From Promethearchaeum sp. (lineage in GTDB: Archaea > Asgardarchaeota > Lokiarchaeia > Sigyniarchaeales > Promethearchaeaceae): a DNA stretch of 12,739 nucleotides. The stretch lies in assembly GCA_030613185.1 (NCBI GenBank), contig JAUWMK010000109.1:1-12739 (forward strand), given 5' to 3'. Position 1 is the stretch's first letter, and each line of letters begins with the position of its first letter. Below, one piece after another: positions 1 through 7,727 of the stretch. Below the pieces are notes generated by a model. That model was not told the origin of the DNA. It ran no database searches and was given only the letters and a program-made list of their open reading frames with translations. Made by a program: the position numbers and the translations under genes.

Positions 1-2
1 TT

Positions 3-392
3 TTCGAAGGGTAACCATACTTTGTTTCAACTAATTATCATAGTAAATCAGGAAAGCACGGTCATGCAAAAAGTCGCATTGGGTGCCAAGGTTTATTTAC
101 CAAGAAAAAAAAATCATTGACTTTTACTGCCGATACGAACCTTGAGGTGCCTGAAATTGAGAAAAGAGCAGGACAGCTTGTAGATATTGATGAACATGAT
201 AGAATCGTGCATGTAATGGACTTAGAAACATATGAAACCCTTGAAATAATGTATCCCTTCGAGGATGATGAGTTAAATTTAAATAAATTAAAAGAATTAA
301 TCGGCGATCATGATCTACAAGGAGAATCCACAATTGAGTTCTGGACAGTCATGGGAAGGTCTTTTGTAACACGAGTTATTCTTCCGAAATAG
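3..392 (+). CDS. eif5a: Translation initiation factor 5A (aIF-5A/eIF-5A), 5'-truncated by the window edge. An in-frame TAA lies at 12-14.
   Basis: The frame-3 translation SKSGKHGHAKSRIGCQGLF...LEVPEIEKRAGQLVDIDEHDRIVHVMDLETYETLEI aligns residue-for-residue with archaeal aIF-5A around the hypusine loop (S-K-x-G-K-H-G-x-A-K) and the C-terminal OB domain. The stop is TAG at 390-392. The ORF track begins at a TTG (117) only because a TAA at 12-14 interrupts the frame. Homology continues on both sides of that TAA in the same frame. Confidence 0.8.
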
Positions 393-405
393 ATCTTTCT
401 ACAAA

Positions 406-419
406 TTTTTTTTAGTTTT
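406..419 (+). terminator. T-tract (T8 then AGTTTT) immediately downstream of the aIF-5A stop. This is an archaeal-type oligo-T terminator candidate.
   Basis: tttttttt agtttt lies 14 nt after the TAG. Archaeal RNA polymerase terminates at oligo-T tracts. Confidence 0.45.
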
Positions 420-455
420 AATCAATCAATATTTACTCTAATTGGGGAATTTCGA

Positions 456-1391
456 ATGGATGAAAATCTTTTAAAGATCAAGCCAAAAAGTGAGGGTGAT
501 GATCGATCTGTTGCAATAGCCTGTCGTTTAGATTCTCCAAAAGCGCTTAAGGTTGTTCAATTCATTACAGATTATTTATTACAGAGAAAAGAAAAAATCT
601 CCTATGAAACTAGAATATCATCGAAATTCATCCGCCATTTTGCAAAAAATTTAGAGGATATGACTGTTCATAACACTAAGTTCTTAATTTCTGTAGGAGG
701 AGATGGGACGGTATTACGCATTGCTCATAATTTACCTAAAGTGGATCCTCCAATAATTTTAGGTGTAAATTTGGGCAGTGTAGGCTTTTTGGACGAATCT
801 GATGCGGATCCCGAAATATTGAAGAAAGATTTAGATAAAGTATTCATTGGTGAGTATTTCATTGAAACAGCATCAAGATTGTCCACTTTTATTGGAAAGC
901 ATAAACTCCCGCTAGCATTAAATGAGGTTCTTATAATTTCTTCAAAACCTTCTAAAGTACTGTATACAAGCATTGAAATCGATGGTAATTATTTCACTTC
1001 GAGTTATTTAGATGGTTTAATAGTTTCAACACACACAGGTTCTTCAGCATACGCTCTCTCAGCTGGTGGATGTCTTATGGATCCTAGGTTGAACGCTTTT
1101 GAAATCGTTCCTCTAAATCCATCTGCAAGTACTGGAGTGTTTCGCCCTTTGATTGTTCCTGATTTCGCTGAAATCACCATTAAACTTGAAAGAGCTAGAT
1201 TAAATGGTCTTGTAATCATAGATGGGCAAGCAGAATATAAGGTCAGTCCTCAAGTGTCTATTAAGATCTCACGTTCTGGTAGTGAAATTCAATTTATCAG
1301 ATTTAAAGAGAATGTTTTGGGTTATTTTAAGCGTGTTCGCGAGAAAATCCTATTTAGCAGAAATATTATTGAAAATAGTATCGATAATTAA
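456..1391 (+). CDS. nadK: NAD(+) kinase (NadK/PpnK family)
   Basis: The GGDGT motif (VGGDGTVLR), the NEV motif (ALNEVLI) and the DGLIVSTHTGSSAYALSAGG conserved segment are all present. The ORF is complete at 311 aa. A GGGG SD-like element sits about 8 nt upstream of the ATG. Confidence 0.9.
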   Translation: MDENLLKIKPKSEGDDRSVAIACRLDSPKALKVVQFITDYLLQRKEKISYETRISSKFIRHFAKNLEDMTVHNTKFLISVGGDGTVLRIAHNLPKVDPPIILGVNLGSVGFLDESDADPEILKKDLDKVFIGEYFIETASRLSTFIGKHKLPLALNEVLIISSKPSKVLYTSIEIDGNYFTSSYLDGLIVSTHTGSSAYALSAGGCLMDPRLNAFEIVPLNPSASTGVFRPLIVPDFAEITIKLERARLNGLVIIDGQAEYKVSPQVSIKISRSGSEIQFIRFKENVLGYFKRVREKILFSRNIIENSIDN

Positions 1392-1996
1392 TGGAAAACA
1401 AGGCTCTGATGCCTATGAAACCCATGAAACCCATGAAGCCAAATTTTAATTCTCTTAATTTTATAATCTTGGATAATACGGCATTTGTATCTGCTTTGGA
1501 TCCAAATCAAATTTCTCTTCAGAATCCCGGCATTCAATTTTACATCACATCGAGTGTGTATGATGAAGCATTATCCAATCAGCGCTCATCACAGAGAATA
1601 GAAATAGCAGAAGCCCAACAAGTATTAAAAGTAAGGGATCCGATGCCAGAATCTTTGAAAATTGTAAATAGTGCTGCAGAAGAAACTGGAGATATTGCAG
1701 CTTTATCCCAAACCGATCAAGAGATTATTGCATTATATCTTGATTTGATTTATGAATATCCAGATCAAAAAGGATTACTAATATCCGATGATTATTCGGT
1801 TCAAAATACATGTGCTCGGTTAAAAATCCCTTTTTATTCTTATCAAAAACGGGGGATCAAAAAAAATATCAGATGGGAGATTTATTGCCCCAATTGTTTT
1901 GAAACTTTTCCACCAAAATTATTAGGGAAAAATTGTGATCATTGTGGGGCCACTCTAAAAAGGCGAGCTTATAGGGGAAAAAGAAGGAAATTTTGA
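1391..1996 (+). CDS. nob1: Nob1-like PIN-domain endonuclease with a C-terminal zinc ribbon (pre-16S rRNA D-site nuclease family)
   Basis: An N-terminal PIN-like core (FIILDNTAFVS ... LISDDYSVQNTCARLKIP) is followed by CPNC-x15-CDHC and a basic tail. The start overlaps the nadK stop (TAATG), suggesting translational coupling. The true start may be one of several in-frame ATGs at 1409-1433 that lie inside a PMK tandem repeat. Confidence 0.7.
   Translation: MENKALMPMKPMKPMKPNFNSLNFIILDNTAFVSALDPNQISLQNPGIQFYITSSVYDEALSNQRSSQRIEIAEAQQVLKVRDPMPESLKIVNSAAEETGDIAALSQTDQEIIALYLDLIYEYPDQKGLLISDDYSVQNTCARLKIPFYSYQKRGIKKNIRWEIYCPNCFETFPPKLLGKNCDHCGATLKRRAYRGKRRKF
1409..1440 (+). repeat. Short in-frame tandem repeat (ATG CCT / ATG AAA CCC / ATG AAA CCC / ATG AAG CCA) encoding PM-KPM-KPM-KP at the Nob1-like N-terminus
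   Basis: Direct reading gives atgcctatgaaacccatgaaacccatgaagcc. Confidence 0.8.
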
Positions 1997-1997
1997 T

Positions 1998-2014
1998 CTT
2001 TATATATATTTAAG
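1998..2014 (+). promoter_or_regulatory. TATA-like element (ctttatatatatttaag) upstream of fen
   Basis: This AT-alternating TATA-box-like sequence sits about 57-73 nt upstream of the FEN-1 ATG. It is followed by an AAGAGG SD-like element at 2057-2062. Confidence 0.35.
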
Positions 2015-2039
2015 TAAAATAAATATATCAAGGTAAACA

Positions 2040-2059
2040 CTTATTATTTTGTTAATAAG
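2040..2059 (+). other. Imperfect hairpin (7-bp stem cttatta / taataag, 6-nt loop) between nob1 and fen
   Basis: Inverted repeat read directly from the sequence. The stem is AT-rich and weak. Confidence 0.4.
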
Positions 2060-2070
2060 AGGCGATAAAT

Positions 2071-3120
2071 ATGGGTGTAAAAATCACAGATTTGGTTAAA
2101 GATGTAAAAAAAGTAATAACTTTTGAGAATTTACTTAGTAAGACTATTGCTATTGATGCTTTTAATACCCTTTATCAATTTTTGGCAATAATTCGCGGTG
2201 TGGATGGCACCCCATTGAAAGATTATGAGGGGAATGTAACTTCGCATTTATCTGGAATTTTTTATAGAACGCTTAGAATTATTGAAAAAGACATCAAACC
2301 CATATATGTTTTTGACGGTCCTCCCAATCCAATGAAAATGGCTGAAATTCAACGTAGAAGGATAATTCGGCAAGATGCGAGAAAAAAGGCAAATGAAGCA
2401 CAAGATTTAGGTAGAATCGAAGATGCTGCAAAATTTGCGCAGGGTTCAAGTAAATTGAATTCTACGATGATAGAAGAGAGTAAAGAACTTATTTCAGCAA
2501 TGGGCATTCCTGTAATCCAAGCAGCTCAAGATGGGGAAGCACAAGCTGCATATTTAGTCCAAAATGGTGATGCATGGGCCGTGGCTTCTCAAGATTATGA
2601 TTCATTCCTTTTTGGTGCTCCTAGGATCGTGCGTAATCTATCCCATAACAGACAGCGAAAAGTTAAATCAACCACAATAACCATAGATCTGGAGTGGTTT
2701 AGTCTTAATCAGATGTTGGAATATAACCATATTTCACGGGAGCAATTAGTTGACATTGGAATATTAAGTGGTGTTGATTTTTTTCCTGGAGTTGGTGGAG
2801 TGGGAACAAAGACAGCGTTCAACCTTATCAAAAAATATGATAATCTGGATAAGATGTTAGAACAAAATATAGTGGTTCGCAAAAAACCGATTAGTGAAAA
2901 CATCGATTTAGATACAATCAAGCAAGTTAGGGATATTTTTCTAGATCCTGCGATTAATAAAGATTTTCAAAAACCAAAATGGAAACGGCCGGATACTGAT
3001 AAAATAAGGGAAATTCTGTGCGATAGGCATAATTTTTCAGTAGAAAGAGTAGATAATGCCTTAATTAGGTTAAAAAAAAAGGCCGGAACGACCCAGAAAC
3101 GTATTGATAGTTTTTTCTAA
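2071..3120 (+). CDS. fen: Flap endonuclease 1 (FEN-1), with a C-terminal PCNA-interacting PIP box
   Basis: The N-terminus MGVKITDLV is the classic FEN-1/XPG-N start. XPG-N and XPG-I domains and an H3TH motif (GVGGVGTKTAF) are present. The C-terminus QKRIDSFF matches Q-x-x-[ILM]-x-x-F-F. The protein is 349 aa. Confidence 0.95.
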   Translation: MGVKITDLVKDVKKVITFENLLSKTIAIDAFNTLYQFLAIIRGVDGTPLKDYEGNVTSHLSGIFYRTLRIIEKDIKPIYVFDGPPNPMKMAEIQRRRIIRQDARKKANEAQDLGRIEDAAKFAQGSSKLNSTMIEESKELISAMGIPVIQAAQDGEAQAAYLVQNGDAWAVASQDYDSFLFGAPRIVRNLSHNRQRKVKSTTITIDLEWFSLNQMLEYNHISREQLVDIGILSGVDFFPGVGGVGTKTAFNLIKKYDNLDKMLEQNIVVRKKPISENIDLDTIKQVRDIFLDPAINKDFQKPKWKRPDTDKIREILCDRHNFSVERVDNALIRLKKKAGTTQKRIDSFF

Positions 3121-3141
3121 ATAATTGTATTTTAGTATCAA

Positions 3142-3161
3142 AAAACATTTACCAATGTTTT
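3142..3161 (+). terminator. Hairpin (8-bp stem aaaacatt / aatgtttt, loop tacc) 21 nt downstream of the fen stop, followed by T-rich sequence
   Basis: Perfect 8-bp inverted repeat with a 4-nt loop, read directly. Confidence 0.4.
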
Positions 3162-3175
3162 AACTTATTTAATGT

Positions 3176-3211
3176 GAGAAAAATAAAGATGAGTGAGAAA
3201 TAAAGATGAGT
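3176..3211 (+). repeat. Tandem duplication of the cdc48 translation-initiation region (gagaaaaataaagATGagt / gagaaataaagATGagt)
   Basis: Two adjacent near-identical 17-19 nt copies each contain an ATG. The upstream ATG (3189) opens a 4-codon mini-ORF (MSEK*) that ends 3 nt before the main ATG at 3206. Confidence 0.8.
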
Positions 3212-5443
3212 ACAGAAGGAACACCTAAAAAAAAATCAACAAAATCAAAAAATACTCAATTGAAAATGAAGGTTCAAGAAGCTCGAAAGCGAGACGTTGG
3301 TAGGTCCATTATCAGATTGGATTCGGATTCAATGAAACAATTATCTGTAAATACGGGGGAAATTATTGAGATAAAAGGAAAAGAAAAAATTACTGCTGCA
3401 ATTGCATGGCCATCCTACCCCCAAGACCAAGGATTGGGAATTATACGGATTGATAGCCGTGTTCGCAGAAATGCAAATGTAAAACTTGATGATTTTGTTA
3501 AAGTATCAAAAATAAAGGAAGTAACTTCAAAATCTGTTGTTCTTGCCCCAATTTCACTAAAAATCACTCCAAATGTTCGATTTGAGAGTTTCGTTAAAAG
3601 AAAATTACTTAATTTCCCGATTGCGAAAGGAGATTTAATTTATATTAACATTGGTATGACCAAGGAAATTGTTTTTCGAGCAATATCGATAAAACCCTCT
3701 GGTATTTCCATTATTAAACAAACAACCCAGCTGTCAATTAATGAATCTACCTCTGAAGAAATCCCAACTGGAATTGCTTATATTACTTATGAAGATATTG
3801 GAGGTTTAGATAATGAGATTCAACAAGTCAGAGAGATGGTCGAACTTCCATTAAAACATCCCGAACTATTCACACGTCTAGGGATTGAACCCCCTAAAGG
3901 TGTTTTGTTACGTGGACCTCCTGGATGTGGTAAAACTCTTCTTGCAAAAGCAGTTGCCAATGAAAGTCGCGCCCATTTCATTTCTATAAATGGACCCGAA
4001 ATTATGAGCAAGTTTTATGGAGAATCTGAGAAGAAATTAAGAAGTTTATTTAAAGAAGCTGAAGAAAAAGGGCCTAGTATTATTTTTATTGATGAGATAG
4101 ATGCAATCGCTCCAAAACGAGAAAATGTAACTGGGGAAGTGGAACGGAGGGTTGTTGCACAATTACTTGCTTTAATGGATGGGTTAGAAACAAGAGGAAG
4201 GGTTGTTATAATCGGTGCAACAAATCGGCCTAATGCTGTGGATCCAGCATTAAGAAGACCCGGTCGTTTTGATAGAGAATTAGAAATAAAAGTTCCTGGA
4301 GAAAAAGGAAGATTTGATATTATACAAATTCATACCCGTAAAATGCCTTTAGATAAAGATGTTGACTTAAAGGAAGTTGCTCGGATATCTCATGGATTCG
4401 TTGGAGCGGATATTGCAAGCTTAGTTCGTGAAACTGGAATGTATGCTTTACGAAGATATCTTCCAAAAATTAATTTGGAAGAAGATGATGTTGATCCTAA
4501 AATCTTGGAAAACATGTTTGTGCATAAGAAAGATTTTGATAACGCATTTAAGGAAATTATCCCCTCGGGAATTCGCGAGGTTTTTATTGAGATCCCAAGT
4601 GTTCATTGGAATGATGTTGGAGGATTAGATTATACAAAACAACAATTAATCGAATCAGTAGAATGGCCTATTAAAAACCCCGCAGCTTATAAAAGAATGG
4701 GCGTTTCCCCCCCAACAGGTGTTCTATTATATGGTCCGCCTGGTTGTGGGAAAACTTTATTGGCCCGTGCAGTTGCTACTGAGTCCGAGGCAAATTTTAT
4801 TTCAATTAAAGGACCGGAATTACTCTCAAAATGGGTTGGTGAAAGTGAAAAGGCAGTTAGGGAAGTTTTTCGTAAAGCTAAATTGGCAGCACCTTGTATA
4901 ATCTTTTTTGATGAGCTTGATAGTATAGCTCCACGTCGTGGGAGTGGTGGTTCTGATTCAGGCGTAACTGAGCGAGTTATTTCTCAACTTCTGACGGAAC
5001 TTGATGGATTGGCTCAAACAAAACAGATAATTTTAATTGCCGCTACAAATAGACCCGATATTATGGATCCAGCATTAATGAGGCCTGGAAGGATAGATCG
5101 ATTATCATATGTCGCTCCTCCGACAGCTGAGGATCGAGAAAAAATATTTAATATTTTTACTAAAAATATGCCTCTTGCTGCCGATGTAGATCTCCATGAT
5201 TTAGCTGTCAAAAGTGAATTTTTTTCAGGCGCTGATATTGAGTCTCTTTGTAGAGAAGCCGCAATTAGGGCTTTAAGAGAGGATATAAGAGGGGATATTA
5301 TTAATTCTAAGCACTTTAGGGCTGCCATGGATGATATTCACCCATCTGCGTCTCCTGCAGTGTGTGAATTTTATGAAAAATTTGAAGAATCTCTCAAATC
5401 ACGGAGAATTGGAAAACATAAACGAACTGATTTATACGCGTAA
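3206..5443 (+). CDS. cdc48: Cdc48/VCP/p97-like AAA+ ATPase (N-domain plus D1 plus D2) with a C-terminal HbYX-like motif
   Basis: Cdc48 N-domain signature (DVGRSIIRLD...GLGIIRIDSRVR) is present. There are two Walker A motifs (GPPGCGKT twice), two Walker B motifs (IIFIDEIDAI, IIFFDELDSI) and SRH regions. The protein is 745 aa. The C-terminus ...DLYA fits the hydrophobic-Tyr-X proteasome-docking motif described for archaeal Cdc48. Confidence 0.95.
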   Translation: MSTEGTPKKKSTKSKNTQLKMKVQEARKRDVGRSIIRLDSDSMKQLSVNTGEIIEIKGKEKITAAIAWPSYPQDQGLGIIRIDSRVRRNANVKLDDFVKVSKIKEVTSKSVVLAPISLKITPNVRFESFVKRKLLNFPIAKGDLIYINIGMTKEIVFRAISIKPSGISIIKQTTQLSINESTSEEIPTGIAYITYEDIGGLDNEIQQVREMVELPLKHPELFTRLGIEPPKGVLLRGPPGCGKTLLAKAVANESRAHFISINGPEIMSKFYGESEKKLRSLFKEAEEKGPSIIFIDEIDAIAPKRENVTGEVERRVVAQLLALMDGLETRGRVVIIGATNRPNAVDPALRRPGRFDRELEIKVPGEKGRFDIIQIHTRKMPLDKDVDLKEVARISHGFVGADIASLVRETGMYALRRYLPKINLEEDDVDPKILENMFVHKKDFDNAFKEIIPSGIREVFIEIPSVHWNDVGGLDYTKQQLIESVEWPIKNPAAYKRMGVSPPTGVLLYGPPGCGKTLLARAVATESEANFISIKGPELLSKWVGESEKAVREVFRKAKLAAPCIIFFDELDSIAPRRGSGGSDSGVTERVISQLLTELDGLAQTKQIILIAATNRPDIMDPALMRPGRIDRLSYVAPPTAEDREKIFNIFTKNMPLAADVDLHDLAVKSEFFSGADIESLCREAAIRALREDIRGDIINSKHFRAAMDDIHPSASPAVCEFYEKFEESLKSRRIGKHKRTDLYA

Positions 5444-5452
5444 ATACAAAAA

Positions 5453-5459
5453 TTTTTTT
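5453..5459 (+). terminator. T7 tract directly after the cdc48 stop
   Basis: aaaaattttttta lies 10 nt after the TAA, in an AT-rich intergenic region. Confidence 0.4.
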
Positions 5460-5562
5460 AATTTAATACCTTATTTAAACTTGAATTTTTTATTATATCA
5501 TCTGAGAATATTTTTCTTATATTTTAATGAGAAATTAGAATTTTAAAATCTATAATTGGTAA

Positions 5563-5859
5563 ATGATAATTATGGCAAAAATGAAAATCGCGTGGAATTC
5601 CGAACCAGTAGAAAATGAGATTATATATGCTTTAATTGATAATCGTGGTGAAATGCTCACAACTGACCTACAACGAAAGTTATCAAATATGTATGAGGAT
5701 TTTAGTCGTGCTGATTTGATGAAACATTTATTTAAACTTGAAGTTCGCTCTTTTATACATGTAGTGAATATTAAAAAAGATGTTTCAAAAATTGAACTTA
5801 GTAAACATGGTCAATTTTCTGATGAAGTTAGAAAAAAAATTAAAGAGTTTATGCACTGA
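5563..5859 (+). CDS. Small hypothetical protein, possibly a winged-helix DNA-binding protein. Start could be 5563, 5572 or 5581.
   Basis: The 98-aa ORF has a helix-turn-helix-like segment (IIYALIDNRGEMLTTDLQRKLSNMYEDFSRADLMKHLFKLE) followed by a beta-hairpin-like region. It has its own AT-rich upstream region. Its 3' end overlaps the convergent HerA-like gene stop by 11 nt. There is no database-level support. Confidence 0.45.
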   Translation: MIIMAKMKIAWNSEPVENEIIYALIDNRGEMLTTDLQRKLSNMYEDFSRADLMKHLFKLEVRSFIHVVNIKKDVSKIELSKHGQFSDEVRKKIKEFMH

Positions 5860-7618
5860 AATCTTCTTTTATTTCAAAATTATCAAACTCTAAGAAATTT
5901 TCTTGAATAAAATTCGGTGAAATCTTTGTTATTGGCTGTTTTGAACTATTAAATGCTTCCTTTTCAATATATTTTTGACACACTTCAGAAATTGTTTTTT
6001 CTCCACGAGGATTTGGTAAATTTCTTCTTCTAATTTTGGTAAAAATTGGATAATTTAAAGCCGCACCCATTATTAAAGCATTACCTGTAGGTAAAGTGCT
6101 AATAATTTCGATTGAACTCCTTGTTAAAGCTTCGGATGTCTGTTTAATATGGTTTAAATCATAGGGATTTGTTATTCTCATAATTATTTGGGTATTGCAT
6201 TGAGATAGGGCAGTTGTACTAAGTCGAACTGGGCGTTGGGAGACTAAAACTAATTGGGCAAAGAATTTTCTTCCTTCTCGAGCTATCGTTTCAAAAATGT
6301 TTTTTGTAATTGCGTTTTTTCCTCCAGATTCTGGTAAAAAGTTATGAGCTTCTTCAAGAAAGATTATAAATGGAGGAATTTTCCCGCTTCTACGAAAATA
6401 GAATAATTTTGAAGTTAAATAATGGAGTATAATCTGCTTTTTTCTCATCGATATTATTGAAGATAAATCTAATATTGTTAGCTTTGCCACTTTAATTAAT
6501 CCATGAATAGAGGGAGAGCCATGCTTGCTAAATATTCTTAAATTATTTAGATCAGCTAACCACCCAATCAAAGTTGATTGTAATTTTGAATTCATATCAG
6601 GATTTTCTGATATTTCGGTAATTATGTCATTAATATCATAACCCTTTAATGTATCATCATCTGTTGAGTCTTTACTCTTTTTGAATTTCTTTCTGCAATT
6701 TTTTATAGCTTTTCGAAGTTCACGTAATTGTGGAACAGAAATACCTGGTTGATAACGCTTAAAATCATATTCTGTCAAATCTGGAACTCCAATTTGAATA
6801 AATAAGCCATTAAAAGTTGTGATTTTATTTTGAATACTTTTCATACTGGAAATTCTTGATCGATCTATTTTATCTTGTGTATCATCATACTTTTCTTTTA
6901 AAAATCTATATTCACCATGAAGATCTATAAGAAATAATGCTGGAGTTCCTAGATCCTTTGGACGAGATAGAAGTTCTTCAAATAAAACCGATAAAAGATA
7001 ACTTTTTCCAGCTCCAGATTGTGCTAGTATTGCTACATGCTTATTAAAAAGACGGTTTAAATTCAATTTCACATCAAGCTTATAACTGCTTAACTTTCCA
7101 ATATTTAGCCCGTTTTCATCCAAACCCAAGAAATTTCTAAGAAAGCTTCCTTTCAGAAGATAAACCTTATTGCCTGGACTTACGGGAAATCCGACTCTAT
7201 GCATTCGCTTGAAAGTTAATGGATCTATCTCATCAGAAAGTTTGTTTTTAGAGTGAACTGTTCCTAATAGATGAACATCGACAATATGACATTCCCATTG
7301 ATCACTGGGAAAGAAATTTTGCATATCAACATTAGCAAGATTGAAGTTTTTCACCGTCTGAGCGTTGGAGAAATATTGATTATTCATTCTGATTTGTTCT
7401 ACAATACCTATTACAAAACCTTCATTTGATTCTACTAAGCAATATTGACCTTGTTGTATAAAGGGAGTGATTTTTGTAGAGAATGCAGAATTGTTATTTG
7501 TAAGAATAAATGAATATTCAAATATATTAGGAGATACATTATTAGCTCCTGATATAACAATTCCAATGGGTTCAATTTGCTGTTCTGATCTTGAAATACA
7601 AATTTTTTGCTGTGTCAT
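5849..7618 (-). CDS. herA: HerA-like ATPase (FtsK/HerA superfamily, DUF87-type, N-terminal HAS-barrel)
   Basis: N-terminal HAS-barrel-like region is present. Walker A is HVAILAQSGAGKSYL. The HerA-typical motif LFLIDLHGEY follows. Walker B is PPFIIFLEEAHNF, followed by IAREGRKF and LSQCNTQIIMRITNPYDLNHI, all hallmark HerA/DUF87 motifs. The protein is 589 aa. No nurA, mre11 or rad50 neighbour occurs in the window. Confidence 0.85.
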   Translation of the reverse strand: MTQQKICISRSEQQIEPIGIVISGANNVSPNIFEYSFILTNNNSAFSTKITPFIQQGQYCLVESNEGFVIGIVEQIRMNNQYFSNAQTVKNFNLANVDMQNFFPSDQWECHIVDVHLLGTVHSKNKLSDEIDPLTFKRMHRVGFPVSPGNKVYLLKGSFLRNFLGLDENGLNIGKLSSYKLDVKLNLNRLFNKHVAILAQSGAGKSYLLSVLFEELLSRPKDLGTPALFLIDLHGEYRFLKEKYDDTQDKIDRSRISSMKSIQNKITTFNGLFIQIGVPDLTEYDFKRYQPGISVPQLRELRKAIKNCRKKFKKSKDSTDDDTLKGYDINDIITEISENPDMNSKLQSTLIGWLADLNNLRIFSKHGSPSIHGLIKVAKLTILDLSSIISMRKKQIILHYLTSKLFYFRRSGKIPPFIIFLEEAHNFLPESGGKNAITKNIFETIAREGRKFFAQLVLVSQRPVRLSTTALSQCNTQIIMRITNPYDLNHIKQTSEALTRSSIEIISTLPTGNALIMGAALNYPIFTKIRRRNLPNPRGEKTISEVCQKYIEKEAFNSSKQPITKISPNFIQENFLEFDNFEIKEDFSA

Positions 7619-7633
7619 TAATTTACAGCTATT

Positions 7634-7655
7634 TTATACACCCTTTTTAAAATGA
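7634..7655 (-). promoter_or_regulatory. Candidate TATA elements for the HerA-like gene (minus strand: tataaaat / ttttaaaa), implying a short or leaderless 5' UTR
   Basis: On the minus strand, ggtgtataaaatag and cattttaaaaag lie 16-37 nt upstream of the ATG at 7618. This is inference from the archaeal TATA consensus only. Confidence 0.3.
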
Positions 7656-7727
7656 CGAGTCTGGTGATTTAATTCATTTAGTTATCTTGAAAATTTATTT
7701 TTAGATACATAAATTATTTTTTTTGAA

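Noticed and set aside
12-14. Possibility that TAA is a reassigned sense codon (a genome-wide recoding)
   Set aside because: At least six other genes in the window (nadK, fen, cdc48, the HerA-like gene, the wH gene, the SPFH gene) terminate with TAA exactly where homology ends, so TAA functions as a stop here.
124-333. Minus-strand ORF antisense to aIF-5A. The same applies to the antisense or off-frame ORFs at 725-973, 1004-1219, 1222-1449, 2709-2921, 3820-4011, 4428-4628, 4719-4901, 5014-5328, 5331-5546, 7467-7655, 7804-8070, 10029-10322 and 11093-11281.
   Set aside because: Each lies wholly inside, or overlapping, a strongly supported CDS in another frame or on the other strand. Their translations are low-complexity with no motifs. 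These are shadow ORFs typical of AT-rich DNA.
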